From a virus, in IMG/VR virus record IMGVR_UViG_3300022752_004079, positions 7,600-71,599 of that record: a DNA stretch of 64,000 nt. The stretch is one strand, 5' to 3'. The stretch's first letter is position 1. Every line of letters starts with the position of its first letter. The notes beneath the pieces were generated by a model. It searched no databases, was not told the origin of the DNA, and worked only from the letters and a program-made list of their open reading frames with translations. Below, one piece after another: positions 39,359-49,110 of this stretch. Both the position numbers and the translations under genes were made by a program.

Positions 39359-40839
39359 ACTATTCCTGTTTTTTCGTATTTTTTAGTTGTAACTTTATGT
39401 ATCGTATAGTTTTTTCTCATTTGCGGTTTAGATTGGAATAAATAATCAATCATTTTAATCATTTTTTGACCCATTTGTTGAGCAGTCAATCCATTTTTTA
39501 AACACCATTCTCTTCCTGATTGGCCCATTGACTCTCGAAGCATTTCTGGAGTGTCATACCAATAACGAATTGCATCAGCAACATCTTCGAAACGAGCTCG
39601 ATCATCAAAAATATATGGCGTTTGCGGAGAACCTTGCAAGCTTCTATTACTAGGAAATACTGGTTTTACCCAAATTCCGTGATTTTTATATTTACCCGTA
39701 TGATTTGTTGATAAATCACTATTAAATCGTATCCATTCATCATTTTCGTCGACAAATCCGCATTGATCTTGTAGTCCACCTGTTACGTTATTAATAATAG
39801 GAGTCCCTGATAACATTGCTTCGGTTGAACTTAGTCCCCAACCTTCGTTACTACCAATATTAACTACTACATCGGCAACATTATACATTGCATTTAATTC
39901 ATTTGGCATCATTTTTTGTTCAGAAAAAATAATTTTACATTCTGGCGCCAGTGTTTTATGAATTGCATTTAAATCTGTACCATTTTCATCTACAATTTGA
40001 GTATGCATTAAAAGTGCAACTTGATTTTGTTTTTCTTTTGGTAATGCGTCTACAAATGTTTTGAATGCTAATATTACATCGCCTGGTTGTTTTCTCCGTA
40101 TATTTCGATTATTCCAAAAAACTACAAAATCAACACCATTTTTAATTTTAATACGTTCATGCATTTGTTTATATACGACATCATCTTGCGATAATGGTTT
40201 AAACGTGTTATGATTTAATCCGTGCGGAACAAATCCCGTAATAATTTGATTCCATTTTACATCTGCAGTACAAACATCGGCATCATAATCTACAATATCA
40301 AAACCATTTTGTGTAAGTACTTCGCGATGAATATTGTCTGATTGTTTGCTAATACCCATAATCAAATCGCAACTTGCATAAAATGGTGCATTCCACATTG
40401 GGTATGGTAGATCGTCCCAAATTGAGTAATATATAATTGGAAGTTTAAAGGTAGTTTTAATTTCATGTTCAATAGCATACAACCACGTCCAATATCTAGG
40501 ATCAGTAAAATGAAATATTGCATCTGGTCGTTCTTGATTTAAAATTGCAAATAATACATTTCTATCACCATACCCATTCCATGGAATAATTTTAACTGAA
40601 GCATCTGGTACGCCTGTTTCTTGTGCAACTTGCACAGATAAATCAAATGCTTGTCCGGCTTCTGGATGTTTTAATGCAGCACCCAATTGCACCCAATCAT
40701 AATGATGCACAGTGTTAAAAATAATTTCACGACTAATTGTTCCAATGCCAGATGGCAACCGAAAATCGTCTGCTAACAATAAAATTTTCTTTTTCTTGGG
40801 TTTGTTTGGATCGATTTTTCTTAATTTTGGTAACTCCAT
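39346..40839 (-). CDS. GT4-like glycosyltransferase
   Basis: SGIG, PHG, NRNIRRK, EGWGLS..EAM..GTP; class B motif at 40860-40868. Confidence 0.88.
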   Translation of the reverse strand: MELPKLRKIDPNKPKKKKILLLADDFRLPSGIGTISREIIFNTVHHYDWVQLGAALKHPEAGQAFDLSVQVAQETGVPDASVKIIPWNGYGDRNVLFAILNQERPDAIFHFTDPRYWTWLYAIEHEIKTTFKLPIIYYSIWDDLPYPMWNAPFYASCDLIMGISKQSDNIHREVLTQNGFDIVDYDADVCTADVKWNQIITGFVPHGLNHNTFKPLSQDDVVYKQMHERIKIKNGVDFVVFWNNRNIRRKQPGDVILAFKTFVDALPKEKQNQVALLMHTQIVDENGTDLNAIHKTLAPECKIIFSEQKMMPNELNAMYNVADVVVNIGSNEGWGLSSTEAMLSGTPIINNVTGGLQDQCGFVDENDEWIRFNSDLSTNHTGKYKNHGIWVKPVFPSNRSLQGSPQTPYIFDDRARFEDVADAIRYWYDTPEMLRESMGQSGREWCLKNGLTAQQMGQKMIKMIDYLFQSKPQMRKNYTIHKVTTKKYEKTGIVCEQ

Positions 40840-40871
40840 TTACTCCTTTATAACTTTTATATAAATATGTT

Positions 40872-41276
40872 TCAGCCTAGTATAACCACCGGTTTATTTA
40901 ATTTTTTAGTGCGAGTCCATGCGGTTTGTAACACTGGGTCTAATTGTGTGTGATTGTTTAAAATCATCATGTAATCGCATCGTTCTGCAATAAGTTTCAT
41001 GCGATGATGAAGTTGTGAAAAATGATATGGTTTTCCGTAATATGATTCGGGCATTGCTGAATACATGTTATGTCCTGAAAATGAAGGATTGTATTCTTCA
41101 TAATGAAGTCCAAATTCCAATGCATATTTCCTAACCATACTATTTGCTCCTTCATTGCCGCCGGCTCCAACTACAACTACATCATCTCCAAATTTCTTTT
41201 TTGCTAATTGCAATGTTTCTTGTATTTTTCTTTTGTTTTGCCAATCTGTGTTTCCAATAATTGCAATTCGTTTCAT
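40872..41276 (-). CDS. SLOG-superfamily (DUF2493-like) protein
   Basis: IAIIG...W; VGAGG..GA; IAE.CD; KPVVI. Confidence 0.65.
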   Translation of the reverse strand: MKRIAIIGNTDWQNKRKIQETLQLAKKKFGDDVVVVGAGGNEGANSMVRKYALEFGLHYEEYNPSFSGHNMYSAMPESYYGKPYHFSQLHHRMKLIAERCDYMMILNNHTQLDPVLQTAWTRTKKLNKPVVILG

Positions 41277-41491
41277 GTTTTTTCTCGTACAAATTTAACA
41301 CCTTTTGGATAATGCTTGTAAACTAAACGAAGCATTTGTTCTAATAATTTTCGATTTTCTTTGTGTTCAGGACCATCGATATTTGTGCACAAACTGTATT
41401 GCATTGTGCATGTTTTTGTACCAGGCCACGATTCATGATTATTTAATGTAAATTCATATACATATACATGTTTATGTGTCCATTTAATCAT
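41273..41491 (-). CDS. Hypothetical protein
   Basis: Coupled ORF; TAGGAT-N17-TATAAT upstream (41497-41525). Confidence 0.55.
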   Translation of the reverse strand: MIKWTHKHVYVYEFTLNNHESWPGTKTCTMQYSLCTNIDGPEHKENRKLLEQMLRLVYKHYPKGVKFVREKT

Positions 41492-41509
41492 AACTTATTA
41501 TAATAAATT

Positions 41510-42466
41510 TTATTCACGAATCCTAGCATCTTTTGGACATCGTTCATAATCAGTTTTGAATGGACAATATTTGCAATTTGTAGCACCTTTACCAGCAACG
41601 GCTACATAGTTTCTATCTGCATTTTTATTTCCTGCTTGATCAAAACATGCATCAACAAATGCATCAATTTGACGTTGAATCTTTTTTTGTGTTACTGAAC
41701 CTGCAGCAGGTTTATGATTTTGTATGCGTTTTTGTGGAAACATTGATTCTTCAACAATCTTGCGTTTAACAATGAAAAATTCAATATCAATGTTTTCTCG
41801 TGGAACACCAAATTGTTCTGAAAAATAATTTTTATATGCCACTAATTGTGCAGCTTTCATTGCATCCGATTTGGCTGATTTATTCCAGCCGTTACGAGAT
41901 GTTTTAATGTCAAACAATTTAAACGTATTGGTAGGAACATGCAGCATAACAACATCAATAAACCCATACCAATATACTGAAGGATTCTTGTTTGACGCAG
42001 GGTGACATAATTCAATTTCAATGCCTACTAATTCCCAATCTTTGCTTGAAAAATATTGTGCACGACGTTTCAAAAACCATTGCAAAATAGCAGCACCATC
42101 TTCTAAATATTCTGCCAATTGTAACGGATTAGAAAAATGTTCGCCTCCCATTTCTTGCACACATCGTGTATATTCATCACGAAGCTTGCTTTGCAATATG
42201 GAACGAAGATTTAATGATTCTGCTTTTTTAACAGATTCCGTATACATTACGGTTAAGAAATGTTGAAATGTTTCATGAAATGCCGTACCAAATACGGTTT
42301 CGATTGATGCTTGAAATGGCGCCAATCCATCAATATATGCTAATTTCCAAGAAAGTGGACAACGTTCATACATTGACCATTGCGAATAAGATATTTTTCT
42401 AGGAACAGAATCTGCATCTCGTATTGCTAATTTATATACAGGATTAATGTAATTTCCTTGTTTCAT
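41510..42466 (-). CDS. PD-(D/E)xK nuclease (RecB/Cas4-like exonuclease)
   Basis: SYSQ....ERCP, FGTAFH, E, GFID, DIKT, QL.AY, C.YC.F...C. Confidence 0.88.
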   Translation of the reverse strand: MKQGNYINPVYKLAIRDADSVPRKISYSQWSMYERCPLSWKLAYIDGLAPFQASIETVFGTAFHETFQHFLTVMYTESVKKAESLNLRSILQSKLRDEYTRCVQEMGGEHFSNPLQLAEYLEDGAAILQWFLKRRAQYFSSKDWELVGIEIELCHPASNKNPSVYWYGFIDVVMLHVPTNTFKLFDIKTSRNGWNKSAKSDAMKAAQLVAYKNYFSEQFGVPRENIDIEFFIVKRKIVEESMFPQKRIQNHKPAAGSVTQKKIQRQIDAFVDACFDQAGNKNADRNYVAVAGKGATNCKYCPFKTDYERCPKDARIRE

Positions 42467-42482
42467 ATTATATGATAAGGAA

Positions 42483-42698
42483 TTATTTGTTAAAATCCAA
42501 ATATCGATGTTCTTGTTCTCGAAGATAAATATCAATTAAATCTTTAGTTTTAATTAAATCTTCCGAAAACGATCCTTTATGCCGGCACCTTACGATGCGT
42601 TTAATGATGTCAAACTCATAGGCATTTAAGTCCCAATCTTCTACAAATTTATAAAGACTATCCGTACCTTTGTAATATGATTGTGTATTTACATTCAT
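42483..42698 (-). CDS. DUF3310 (T7 gp1.7-like) small protein
   Basis: YY......IIKR..R...KG...EDL.K pattern. Confidence 0.6.
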   Translation of the reverse strand: MNVNTQSYYKGTDSLYKFVEDWDLNAYEFDIIKRIVRCRHKGSFSEDLIKTKDLIDIYLREQEHRYLDFNK

Positions 42699-43144
42699 TT
42701 GATACCTTTTAACATACGTTTTTTGTCTGATTCACTATATCCATACATGGTTAATATTCTTTCACATTGTATTCTATCCATTAAATCTAAATAATCCGCG
42801 GCTTCCGAACAACTTGTTTGATAATGTTCTGCAAATTGTGTAATCAATTCTTTATCATACTTATTTTCCGATTTGCCTTTGATGTATTTTGCAAAACTTT
42901 TATTGGTAGGCAAAAGATCATGATACAATTTATAAGTTTCTTGTGGACGTAATTGTCCAATAGTATACATTTGTAATTCATTGATTAATTCCGTTAACTC
43001 CATGCGCATTGACAACCAACGGTTAACGATGAATGTAGAAAATTTCTTTTGATCGGTTTCTGACCATTTTTTCCATTCTCGTTTTTTATCAGTTACCCCG
43101 CCGATTAAATCAAAAATTGTTGCTGCTTTTTTTTCTTCTGCCAT
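42695..43144 (-). CDS. Clamp loader small subunit (gp62-like)
   Basis: F.VNRWLSM, Y....LP..K.FAKYIK, EA.DY; position beside large subunit. Confidence 0.7.
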   Translation of the reverse strand: MAEEKKAATIFDLIGGVTDKKREWKKWSETDQKKFSTFIVNRWLSMRMELTELINELQMYTIGQLRPQETYKLYHDLLPTNKSFAKYIKGKSENKYDKELITQFAEHYQTSCSEAADYLDLMDRIQCERILTMYGYSESDKKRMLKGIK

Positions 43145-43147
43145 TTA

Positions 43148-43363
43148 TTATAAATTATATTTTTTACGATATTGTTGTTCTAAATATTCACCCATTCCTG
43201 CTTCTAAAATAACAGCCGTATCTGGTATTCCCGTTACATGTTTTGCACTTAAAATATCATCAATTGATTTGTTGCGAAACGTTTTAATTTTTGTTCGTGC
43301 ATTGCTTCGGTCCGATGTTTTAAATACAATCGTAACTAAATCTTTATGGTATGGTGCAGACAT
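43148..43363 (-). CDS. Hypothetical protein
   Basis: Coupled ORF. Confidence 0.55.
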   Translation of the reverse strand: MSAPYHKDLVTIVFKTSDRSNARTKIKTFRNKSIDDILSAKHVTGIPDTAVILEAGMGEYLEQQYRKKYNL

Positions 43364-43581
43364 TACTTTTTAACTTTAACGGGTTGAAATTCTTCTGGAA
43401 CGTATCCGCAATCATCGCATCTGAATACGGGAATAGGTACCATTGTGTCTTTATCTGCACCAGTTAAAAATTTGCTTACTTTGTTGATTGCCATTACTTG
43501 ACGAAAATACAATCCGTTGCATTCTTTGCATGAAATTGGTTGCATATCTTGCGGACCAATATTAACATTTAAACTACTCAT
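43363..43581 (-). CDS. Zinc-ribbon protein
   Basis: CKEC...CDDCG; start MSSLNV overlaps upstream stop. Confidence 0.65.
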   Translation of the reverse strand: MSSLNVNIGPQDMQPISCKECNGLYFRQVMAINKVSKFLTGADKDTMVPIPVFRCDDCGYVPEEFQPVKVKK

Positions 43582-44504
43582 AATTCTCCTAATAAATTTA
43601 CAAACATTGCCATAATGTTGATTTCTTTGTCTACTACATTTGCATCTTTGAATTGTGCTTCTGCTATGATTAAAATGCATGGGGCAACATGACCATGTGC
43701 AAAATCATCTAAATTATCATATAAAAATGTATACAATCCGGTAAAATCTCGTACTTTGCTGTCAGCAATTACTTGACGAATTTTTGTGAATGATGCTTTT
43801 TTATCTTTTGACGTTTTAAGAATCTCCAATATTTCAGTCATGTAATTTGCTTGTATTGCACTTGCTTTATCTAATTGCAACGTGTTATTAACAACTGATG
43901 CCTGTGCTGCATTAATTGCACGACGAATATCTGGATATGATGCATTAATAATTGCAGCAATATCTTTGATGTCATACGTAACACCCTTTTCATTTAATAC
44001 TGCAACCAATCGCTTTGCAACATCTGATTTATTTGGTGGCGTAATAGCAAATGTTTGACAACGAGATTGAATTGGATCAATAATTTTTTCAACATAATTA
44101 CATGTTAAAATAAAACGTGTTGTTTTGCTATATGTTTCCATTAGGTTACGAAGAGCAGCTTGGGCATTTGGCGTCAAATAATCTGCCTCATCTAAAATAA
44201 TGATTTTCCAACGACGAAATCCAACCGTAGATGCATAACGCTTAATTTTATCTCGTACGGCATCCACCGAATTTTCATCAGATGCATTGATATACATTAA
44301 ATCTGCATCTACGCTGTTTGCAATTATTTTCGCCAACGTTGTTTTGCCTGTTCCAGCTGATCCATAAAATAATAGATGCGGAACGTCGCCATTTTCAATA
44401 AAAATTTTAACTTTTTCAATAATGTGTTCATTTCCTATGTATCCTTCTAACGTGTCTGGCCTGAACGATTCTACCCAGAGCGTATTTTCTTGTTTTGTTA
44501 TCAT
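43578..44504 (-). CDS. Clamp loader large subunit (RFC/gp44-like)
   Basis: LWVE.FRP, GSAGTGKT, NASDE, LDEAD, QAALR, SRC. Confidence 0.93.
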   Translation of the reverse strand: MITKQENTLWVESFRPDTLEGYIGNEHIIEKVKIFIENGDVPHLLFYGSAGTGKTTLAKIIANSVDADLMYINASDENSVDAVRDKIKRYASTVGFRRWKIIILDEADYLTPNAQAALRNLMETYSKTTRFILTCNYVEKIIDPIQSRCQTFAITPPNKSDVAKRLVAVLNEKGVTYDIKDIAAIINASYPDIRRAINAAQASVVNNTLQLDKASAIQANYMTEILEILKTSKDKKASFTKIRQVIADSKVRDFTGLYTFLYDNLDDFAHGHVAPCILIIAEAQFKDANVVDKEINIMAMFVNLLGEL

Positions 44505-44505
44505 G

Positions 44506-44931
44506 TTATTTACCTGTTGAACCAAAGCCTTGTTGTCCTCGTTTTGTTGTTGATAATGAATCGGTTAATTTCCATTGAATTTGTTCTACTCGAGCCAATA
44601 CGATTTGTGCTATTCGTTCTCCTTGTGCAAATTCTACAACCATATTGCCATGATTGATTAAAATAACACCAATTTCACCTCGGTAATCGGCATCGATTGT
44701 GCCTGGGGCGTTCAATACAGTAACACCATGTTTTAATGCCAAACCGCTGCGCGGACGAACTTGAAGTTCAAATCCTGCAGGTATTTGCACAAATAATCCT
44801 GTTTTTGCTAAAACTCGTTCTCCTGGATTCAATACAATGGGTTCTGTGCATTTTACGTCCATACCAGCACTTTGTGGCGTTTCATAAACCGGTAAAGGGC
44901 TTAATGAATTGTTTATTACTTGTACTTGCAT
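44506..44931 (-). CDS. dut: dUTPase (trimeric)
   Basis: SAGMD, RPRSGLA, GTIDADYRGE, RIAQ, RG..GFGSTG. Confidence 0.96.
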   Translation of the reverse strand: MQVQVINNSLSPLPVYETPQSAGMDVKCTEPIVLNPGERVLAKTGLFVQIPAGFELQVRPRSGLALKHGVTVLNAPGTIDADYRGEIGVILINHGNMVVEFAQGERIAQIVLARVEQIQWKLTDSLSTTKRGQQGFGSTGK

Positions 44932-44932
44932 A

Positions 44933-45643
44933 TTAATTCTGTAGCATTACTAACCAATAGATTGATTCAAAATCTGTACCTTTAAATTCAATTCTTGATA
45001 ATCCATCTGGGGATACTTTCAATTCACCTGAATCACCGCGATTTGCTACAAGAACTTCTTTTAATTTATCTGCCGAAAAACAAACCGGATCCATATTGTC
45101 CATGTTAGTGGGACCTACTTCAAATGAAATATTATCTGCGTTTACTGTTGTGTAATTGATAATGAATTTTACTTGTCCGTTAATAACTTGCACTGCAAAA
45201 TTTTTTGCATCAGGTAATGCATTTTTTGCTTTGATAAATTTGCTAACAAATTCTTCATTGACTGGAATAGTAATTTGATATTCAGGTTCTGCATTGATTG
45301 ATGGCACCGCCGGAATAACTGTTGTATCGGCTAACATAAAAGTTGCTTGCGTACTACCTTCTGAAATTTTCATGGCATAATTTTTACCTGCAGCATCTTT
45401 TACATCAATTGCAATGTTTTCACCTAATGCTCCTAGCATTTTAATTAATGCTCCGGTATGATTGATACCTAACATGCCCTTCATGAATGGTTTAGTATTC
45501 CATTTAATTTTACCAACGATGGTTTGATCCATATCAATTAGTTCGCAACCAATTGAATCTTCTTGTTCTTTCAAAATAACCGCTTCGCAGTTTCCTGCTA
45601 AATAGTAACGATTAATAAACGATTGTAATTTGCTTTTTTCCAT
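44933..45643 (-). CDS. Putative sliding clamp (gp45/PCNA-like)
   Basis: ~236 aa two-domain alpha/beta pattern next to clamp loader genes. Confidence 0.65.
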   Translation of the reverse strand: MEKSKLQSFINRYYLAGNCEAVILKEQEDSIGCELIDMDQTIVGKIKWNTKPFMKGMLGINHTGALIKMLGALGENIAIDVKDAAGKNYAMKISEGSTQATFMLADTTVIPAVPSINAEPEYQITIPVNEEFVSKFIKAKNALPDAKNFAVQVINGQVKFIINYTTVNADNISFEVGPTNMDNMDPVCFSADKLKEVLVANRGDSGELKVSPDGLSRIEFKGTDFESIYWLVMLQN

Positions 45644-45656
45644 TATTTATTCCAAT

Positions 45657-46916
45657 TTAAAATGTAAAGAATTTATTAAAATTTTCTGCATCGGTAGTTG
45701 ATATACTGCTACCACCGAATTTTTTGTATGTTTTGATGTATTTTTCGTATACTTGAGGTGCCGAATCTGGATCTGCAAACATTTCATGCAAAGATAAAAT
45801 TACATCATATAAATCTCTTGGTATTACTGTTTCTAGCAATTCTACGTGACTATCAACCATTTGATTGATTTCATTTGCTGCCTGTACATACAAATGCGTG
45901 TTGTGAACTACCATTCTTGGCATTGCTTCTTGAGAATATCGATCCAAACCATCTGCAGTTTTACCTCCTAGCAATTCATATGTAAAATCTTTACATGCAG
46001 GACATCCCAATGCACATGGAACATATTGAGTCAAATCGATTGCAACTTCTCCAGTTTTACCTTGTTTGATGTGTGCCTTTCTGCGATATTCGGCATTCTT
46101 TGGAAAATACAATTCTGAAAATGATTGTGTTTTGTAATTTGTTGAATGAAGATATGTTCCAAATACTGGATATTGTCCTGGAGAAGATGAATCCGTTGTA
46201 ATATAAATTCGATTTCCGGTATGTTCATTCATTAATTTTTGCAATGTAGCCAAAATAAAGAAATCTGAAATTTTGCTAATGCCTAATAAGTGAACGTATT
46301 CTAATCGTTTATTTTCAAATTCTCGCTCTTTAAGCATCAAAGAAACCGCAAACATGAAATCAACTAATTTTTGCGGACCTCCAATTGCCCAACCTTGAAA
46401 ATCAAAATGCTTAAATTTATGATACCACCAAGTATATTCATCGGCATTTGAACCTTGCAACATGTTTAAAAATTTTGTTTTACCGCTTTGATGTTTTTCA
46501 AACCAAGCAAAATTATCAAAACTAATGTCAGCACAATGTGCAAATTGATTGCGATATTTTGTTTTGGGCGGGATATCCAAATTAGCTGCAACATCGCTGT
46601 TTGCTTCTAACCAATGAAATATCTTTTCTCGCAATTCATTGCTATATGGCAATGCACCTGTTGCAATCTGATAACCTCCTGAGTCACCAAATACTAGCAC
46701 ATCTTTTTCTAATCCCATTTGATCGCGAAAATCCATTTTCTTGTAATGATGTCCTGCCGTAACCAAAAAATATGGATGTCTCCATTCTGCAGGATATCTA
46801 GAATCAAAGAATTTTACCGGATCGCCATTTGCAAACTTCATATCTTTTTTGAATGCAGAAACCATCGATCCTGCAGATAAAGATGGAAAATATATAAATC
46901 GTTTATTTTCTGCCAT
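45657..46916 (-). CDS. TGT-fold guanine transglycosylase, DpdA-like (7-deazaguanine insertion)
   Basis: DSGGYQ, LDIPP, LQG, AIGG, HLLG, DSSS, C..GCPAC...HN zinc motif; FolE/QueD/QueE nearby. Confidence 0.85.
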   Translation of the reverse strand: MAENKRFIYFPSLSAGSMVSAFKKDMKFANGDPVKFFDSRYPAEWRHPYFLVTAGHHYKKMDFRDQMGLEKDVLVFGDSGGYQIATGALPYSNELREKIFHWLEANSDVAANLDIPPKTKYRNQFAHCADISFDNFAWFEKHQSGKTKFLNMLQGSNADEYTWWYHKFKHFDFQGWAIGGPQKLVDFMFAVSLMLKEREFENKRLEYVHLLGISKISDFFILATLQKLMNEHTGNRIYITTDSSSPGQYPVFGTYLHSTNYKTQSFSELYFPKNAEYRRKAHIKQGKTGEVAIDLTQYVPCALGCPACKDFTYELLGGKTADGLDRYSQEAMPRMVVHNTHLYVQAANEINQMVDSHVELLETVIPRDLYDVILSLHEMFADPDSAPQVYEKYIKTYKKFGGSSISTTDAENFNKFFTF

Positions 46917-47931
46917 TGTATTCCTTTAGTTTATTAATTAATCGTTTTGCTGAAAAAAAGTTGTTATGCAATCTTTCTACCAATTGTGCTATATTTTCAG
47001 ATATGTTTTTTTGTTCGTATTCCAATATTGCCGTAACTGCCATATCAACCGAATTAGCTTGTTTAAACATTGGATCATACATTTCTGAATATGATAATCG
47101 ATTTGGTACCAATGGGCATGCTCCGGCACAAGCTGATTCGTACATTGAAATGCCCAATGTTTCTTGATCTGCAAACGAAACTGCAAATCGAGCACGTTGT
47201 AGCAACACATGATATTCTGTTTTTGTCAAATTCATTTTCATAGCAACACAAAATTGATAATGTGCCAATTCTGGACGAGCTGCCAATTCTTGAAACAAAT
47301 CTAATCGTTTTTCCGGTGCAATGCGATGTGGAAACACAATGATATTTTCTTTTTTATCCCAAGCTTCTGGGGCAATCATTGATTTAGTATATTCCATGGG
47401 CCAACCTGTTTTATCAAACGATGAATCATGAAAAATATCATATGTTTGATTCATTAATTTGAAATGTGCTGCTGTTGCAATCCAATTGCGATCATATGCT
47501 GCAATCATGGCCTGTTCAGCGTGTCGTATCCATGGTTTATCTCCTACGAGTCGACCTAAAAAATCATTTGGGTCATATGAACCCGCGTGCCAAAGTCCGT
47601 GCGTTACAACAGGAATATTTAAAAGTTCACTCATGTATTTTACATTGATAATACCTGGATGCCAAGCATCTGTAAAAATAATATGATCTCCTGCTTGTAT
47701 TGTTCCGTTCGTAAATAATTCTGCTAATCGATGCACTTGTGTTGATTTGTACATATTGGTACCACCAAAATTCAAAAAGGCACCTGGTGTTGCAGCTTTT
47801 GGTATTGTGGTATCACCCTCAACTACTTCAACATCAAATCCATTATCTTGAAGCAATTGCGGTACATGTGTTTTCCATTCGCAAGTATAACGAGTTGGAA
47901 CTGATTCTATGTCTACTAAATATATTTTCAT
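46903..47931 (-). CDS. GT-B glycosyltransferase resembling GTDC1/QTMAN (DUF3524) family
   Basis: IVFPHRIAPEK; S.A.QETLGISM.E....GA.PLVPNRLSY.EM. Confidence 0.75.
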   Translation of the reverse strand: MKIYLVDIESVPTRYTCEWKTHVPQLLQDNGFDVEVVEGDTTIPKAATPGAFLNFGGTNMYKSTQVHRLAELFTNGTIQAGDHIIFTDAWHPGIINVKYMSELLNIPVVTHGLWHAGSYDPNDFLGRLVGDKPWIRHAEQAMIAAYDRNWIATAAHFKLMNQTYDIFHDSSFDKTGWPMEYTKSMIAPEAWDKKENIIVFPHRIAPEKRLDLFQELAARPELAHYQFCVAMKMNLTKTEYHVLLQRARFAVSFADQETLGISMYESACAGACPLVPNRLSYSEMYDPMFKQANSVDMAVTAILEYEQKNISENIAQLVERLHNNFFSAKRLINKLKEYNGRK

Positions 47932-47932
47932 A

Positions 47933-48283
47933 TTATCTTTCAATAACGCAACCATTTTCCCAATCTTCCCAAACTTCTACTTTGTAAAGAGTTGGAAATT
48001 GTTCTAGTAACCATTCTCCAATTGCCTCACACGACATTGAATCAAATTCCAATACATTAGTTTCTGATCCAGTAAACCCAATTCGCAACGCTTTTTGTAT
48101 TTTGCGATTCAACAAAATAAATTCTTCATCACGATCTGTATGCGTTACTCGTGCATAACAACGAAAGCCGAACATGTGACGATGTCTATCTGATAAAAAT
48201 GCTACTTCTGGAAAAACATCTTTAGCTGCAGGCCAACAATGAAACCCTTCGATACTAAATGTTACTACTACGCTGTACTTCAT
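47933..48283 (-). CDS. QueD-like T-fold protein (DpdL-like, putative CDG decarboxylase)
   Basis: GFH...LSDRHRHMF (LxxxHRHxF, no catalytic Cys), SCE.I, V.ED.ENG. Confidence 0.7.
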   Translation of the reverse strand: MKYSVVVTFSIEGFHCWPAAKDVFPEVAFLSDRHRHMFGFRCYARVTHTDRDEEFILLNRKIQKALRIGFTGSETNVLEFDSMSCEAIGEWLLEQFPTLYKVEVWEDWENGCVIER

Positions 48284-48686
48284 CTGCTATTAATTTTTTA
48301 TATTTAGTTGTTGACCAACCGTGGTCTCTGCTTAAGTATTGAATTGGAAGATCTAAATCATCGCCCGTAAATTTCTTTCCGATGTAATCATCACCTAAAT
48401 AACGAACATATTCGGCGGATTTGTTTTCAGCAAACTGCTTTAATTTATAATGCAATTCCGATTCTAATGTATATGGAATAACATGATTAACGTGTCGCAA
48501 TGCAATCAACATTGATGCTCGATCTTTAACTGAAAGAACTGGTTTCATTTTTTCGGGACGTTCAATTGTTGGATCGGTTTGGAGCAATACCCATACCTGA
48601 TCACATTCATCTTCCATTTGTTCAAACATTTCAATGTAGCCTGGATGTAATACATCGAAGCTACCGGCAATAAGTCCTATCTTCAT
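48255..48686 (-). CDS. Cytidylyltransferase-like (TagD/RfaE family)
   Basis: AGSFD.LHPGY, RPEK.KP, R.LGDDY, SR.HGWSTT. Confidence 0.85.
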   Translation of the reverse strand: MKIGLIAGSFDVLHPGYIEMFEQMEDECDQVWVLLQTDPTIERPEKMKPVLSVKDRASMLIALRHVNHVIPYTLESELHYKLKQFAENKSAEYVRYLGDDYIGKKFTGDDLDLPIQYLSRDHGWSTTKYKKLIADEVQRSSNI

Positions 48687-49105
48687 TGTCTATCAAATTT
48701 ATACATATCGGGTGTAACTTGTTGCATATTGTGAACCGTTGTGCAATACAAAGAATAATCTGCATATACAACTTTGATGCTATCTGTTTGTTTTAACAAT
48801 GCAGCATCTTCACAATCTAACATCAATAAAATGTGTGCTCTAATTCTAATCATGGGTGGTACGTGTTTTAACATACCAGGAGTAACTTCAATCGTAACAA
48901 ATGTAGTATCGGTTATCATTGCAAATATTGAATCCCATGATTGATTTTTAATTAATTGTTTTGTTGCTGGAGAACAAAAATAAATGTGTGCACAAGGTGT
49001 TAATTTTTTATACATTGCTTTGACATCTGAAATAAACAATGTTTCGATATCTGTAAAGCGTCCTTCAACTTCTTTACCATACCAATGCGTTTTATAACCA
49101 ATCAT
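48683..49105 (-). CDS. Hypothetical protein, first gene of modification operon
   Basis: WYG.EVEG...D.ETLF, HIYF; class A motif upstream. Confidence 0.6.
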   Translation of the reverse strand: MIGYKTHWYGKEVEGRFTDIETLFISDVKAMYKKLTPCAHIYFCSPATKQLIKNQSWDSIFAMITDTTFVTIEVTPGMLKHVPPMIRIRAHILLMLDCEDAALLKQTDSIKVVYADYSLYCTTVHNMQQVTPDMYKFDRQ

Positions 49106-49110
49106 AACTT

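Noticed and set aside
41510-42466. Cas4-like nuclease as CRISPR component
   Set aside because: No array or other cas genes; a typical stand-alone phage replication exonuclease.
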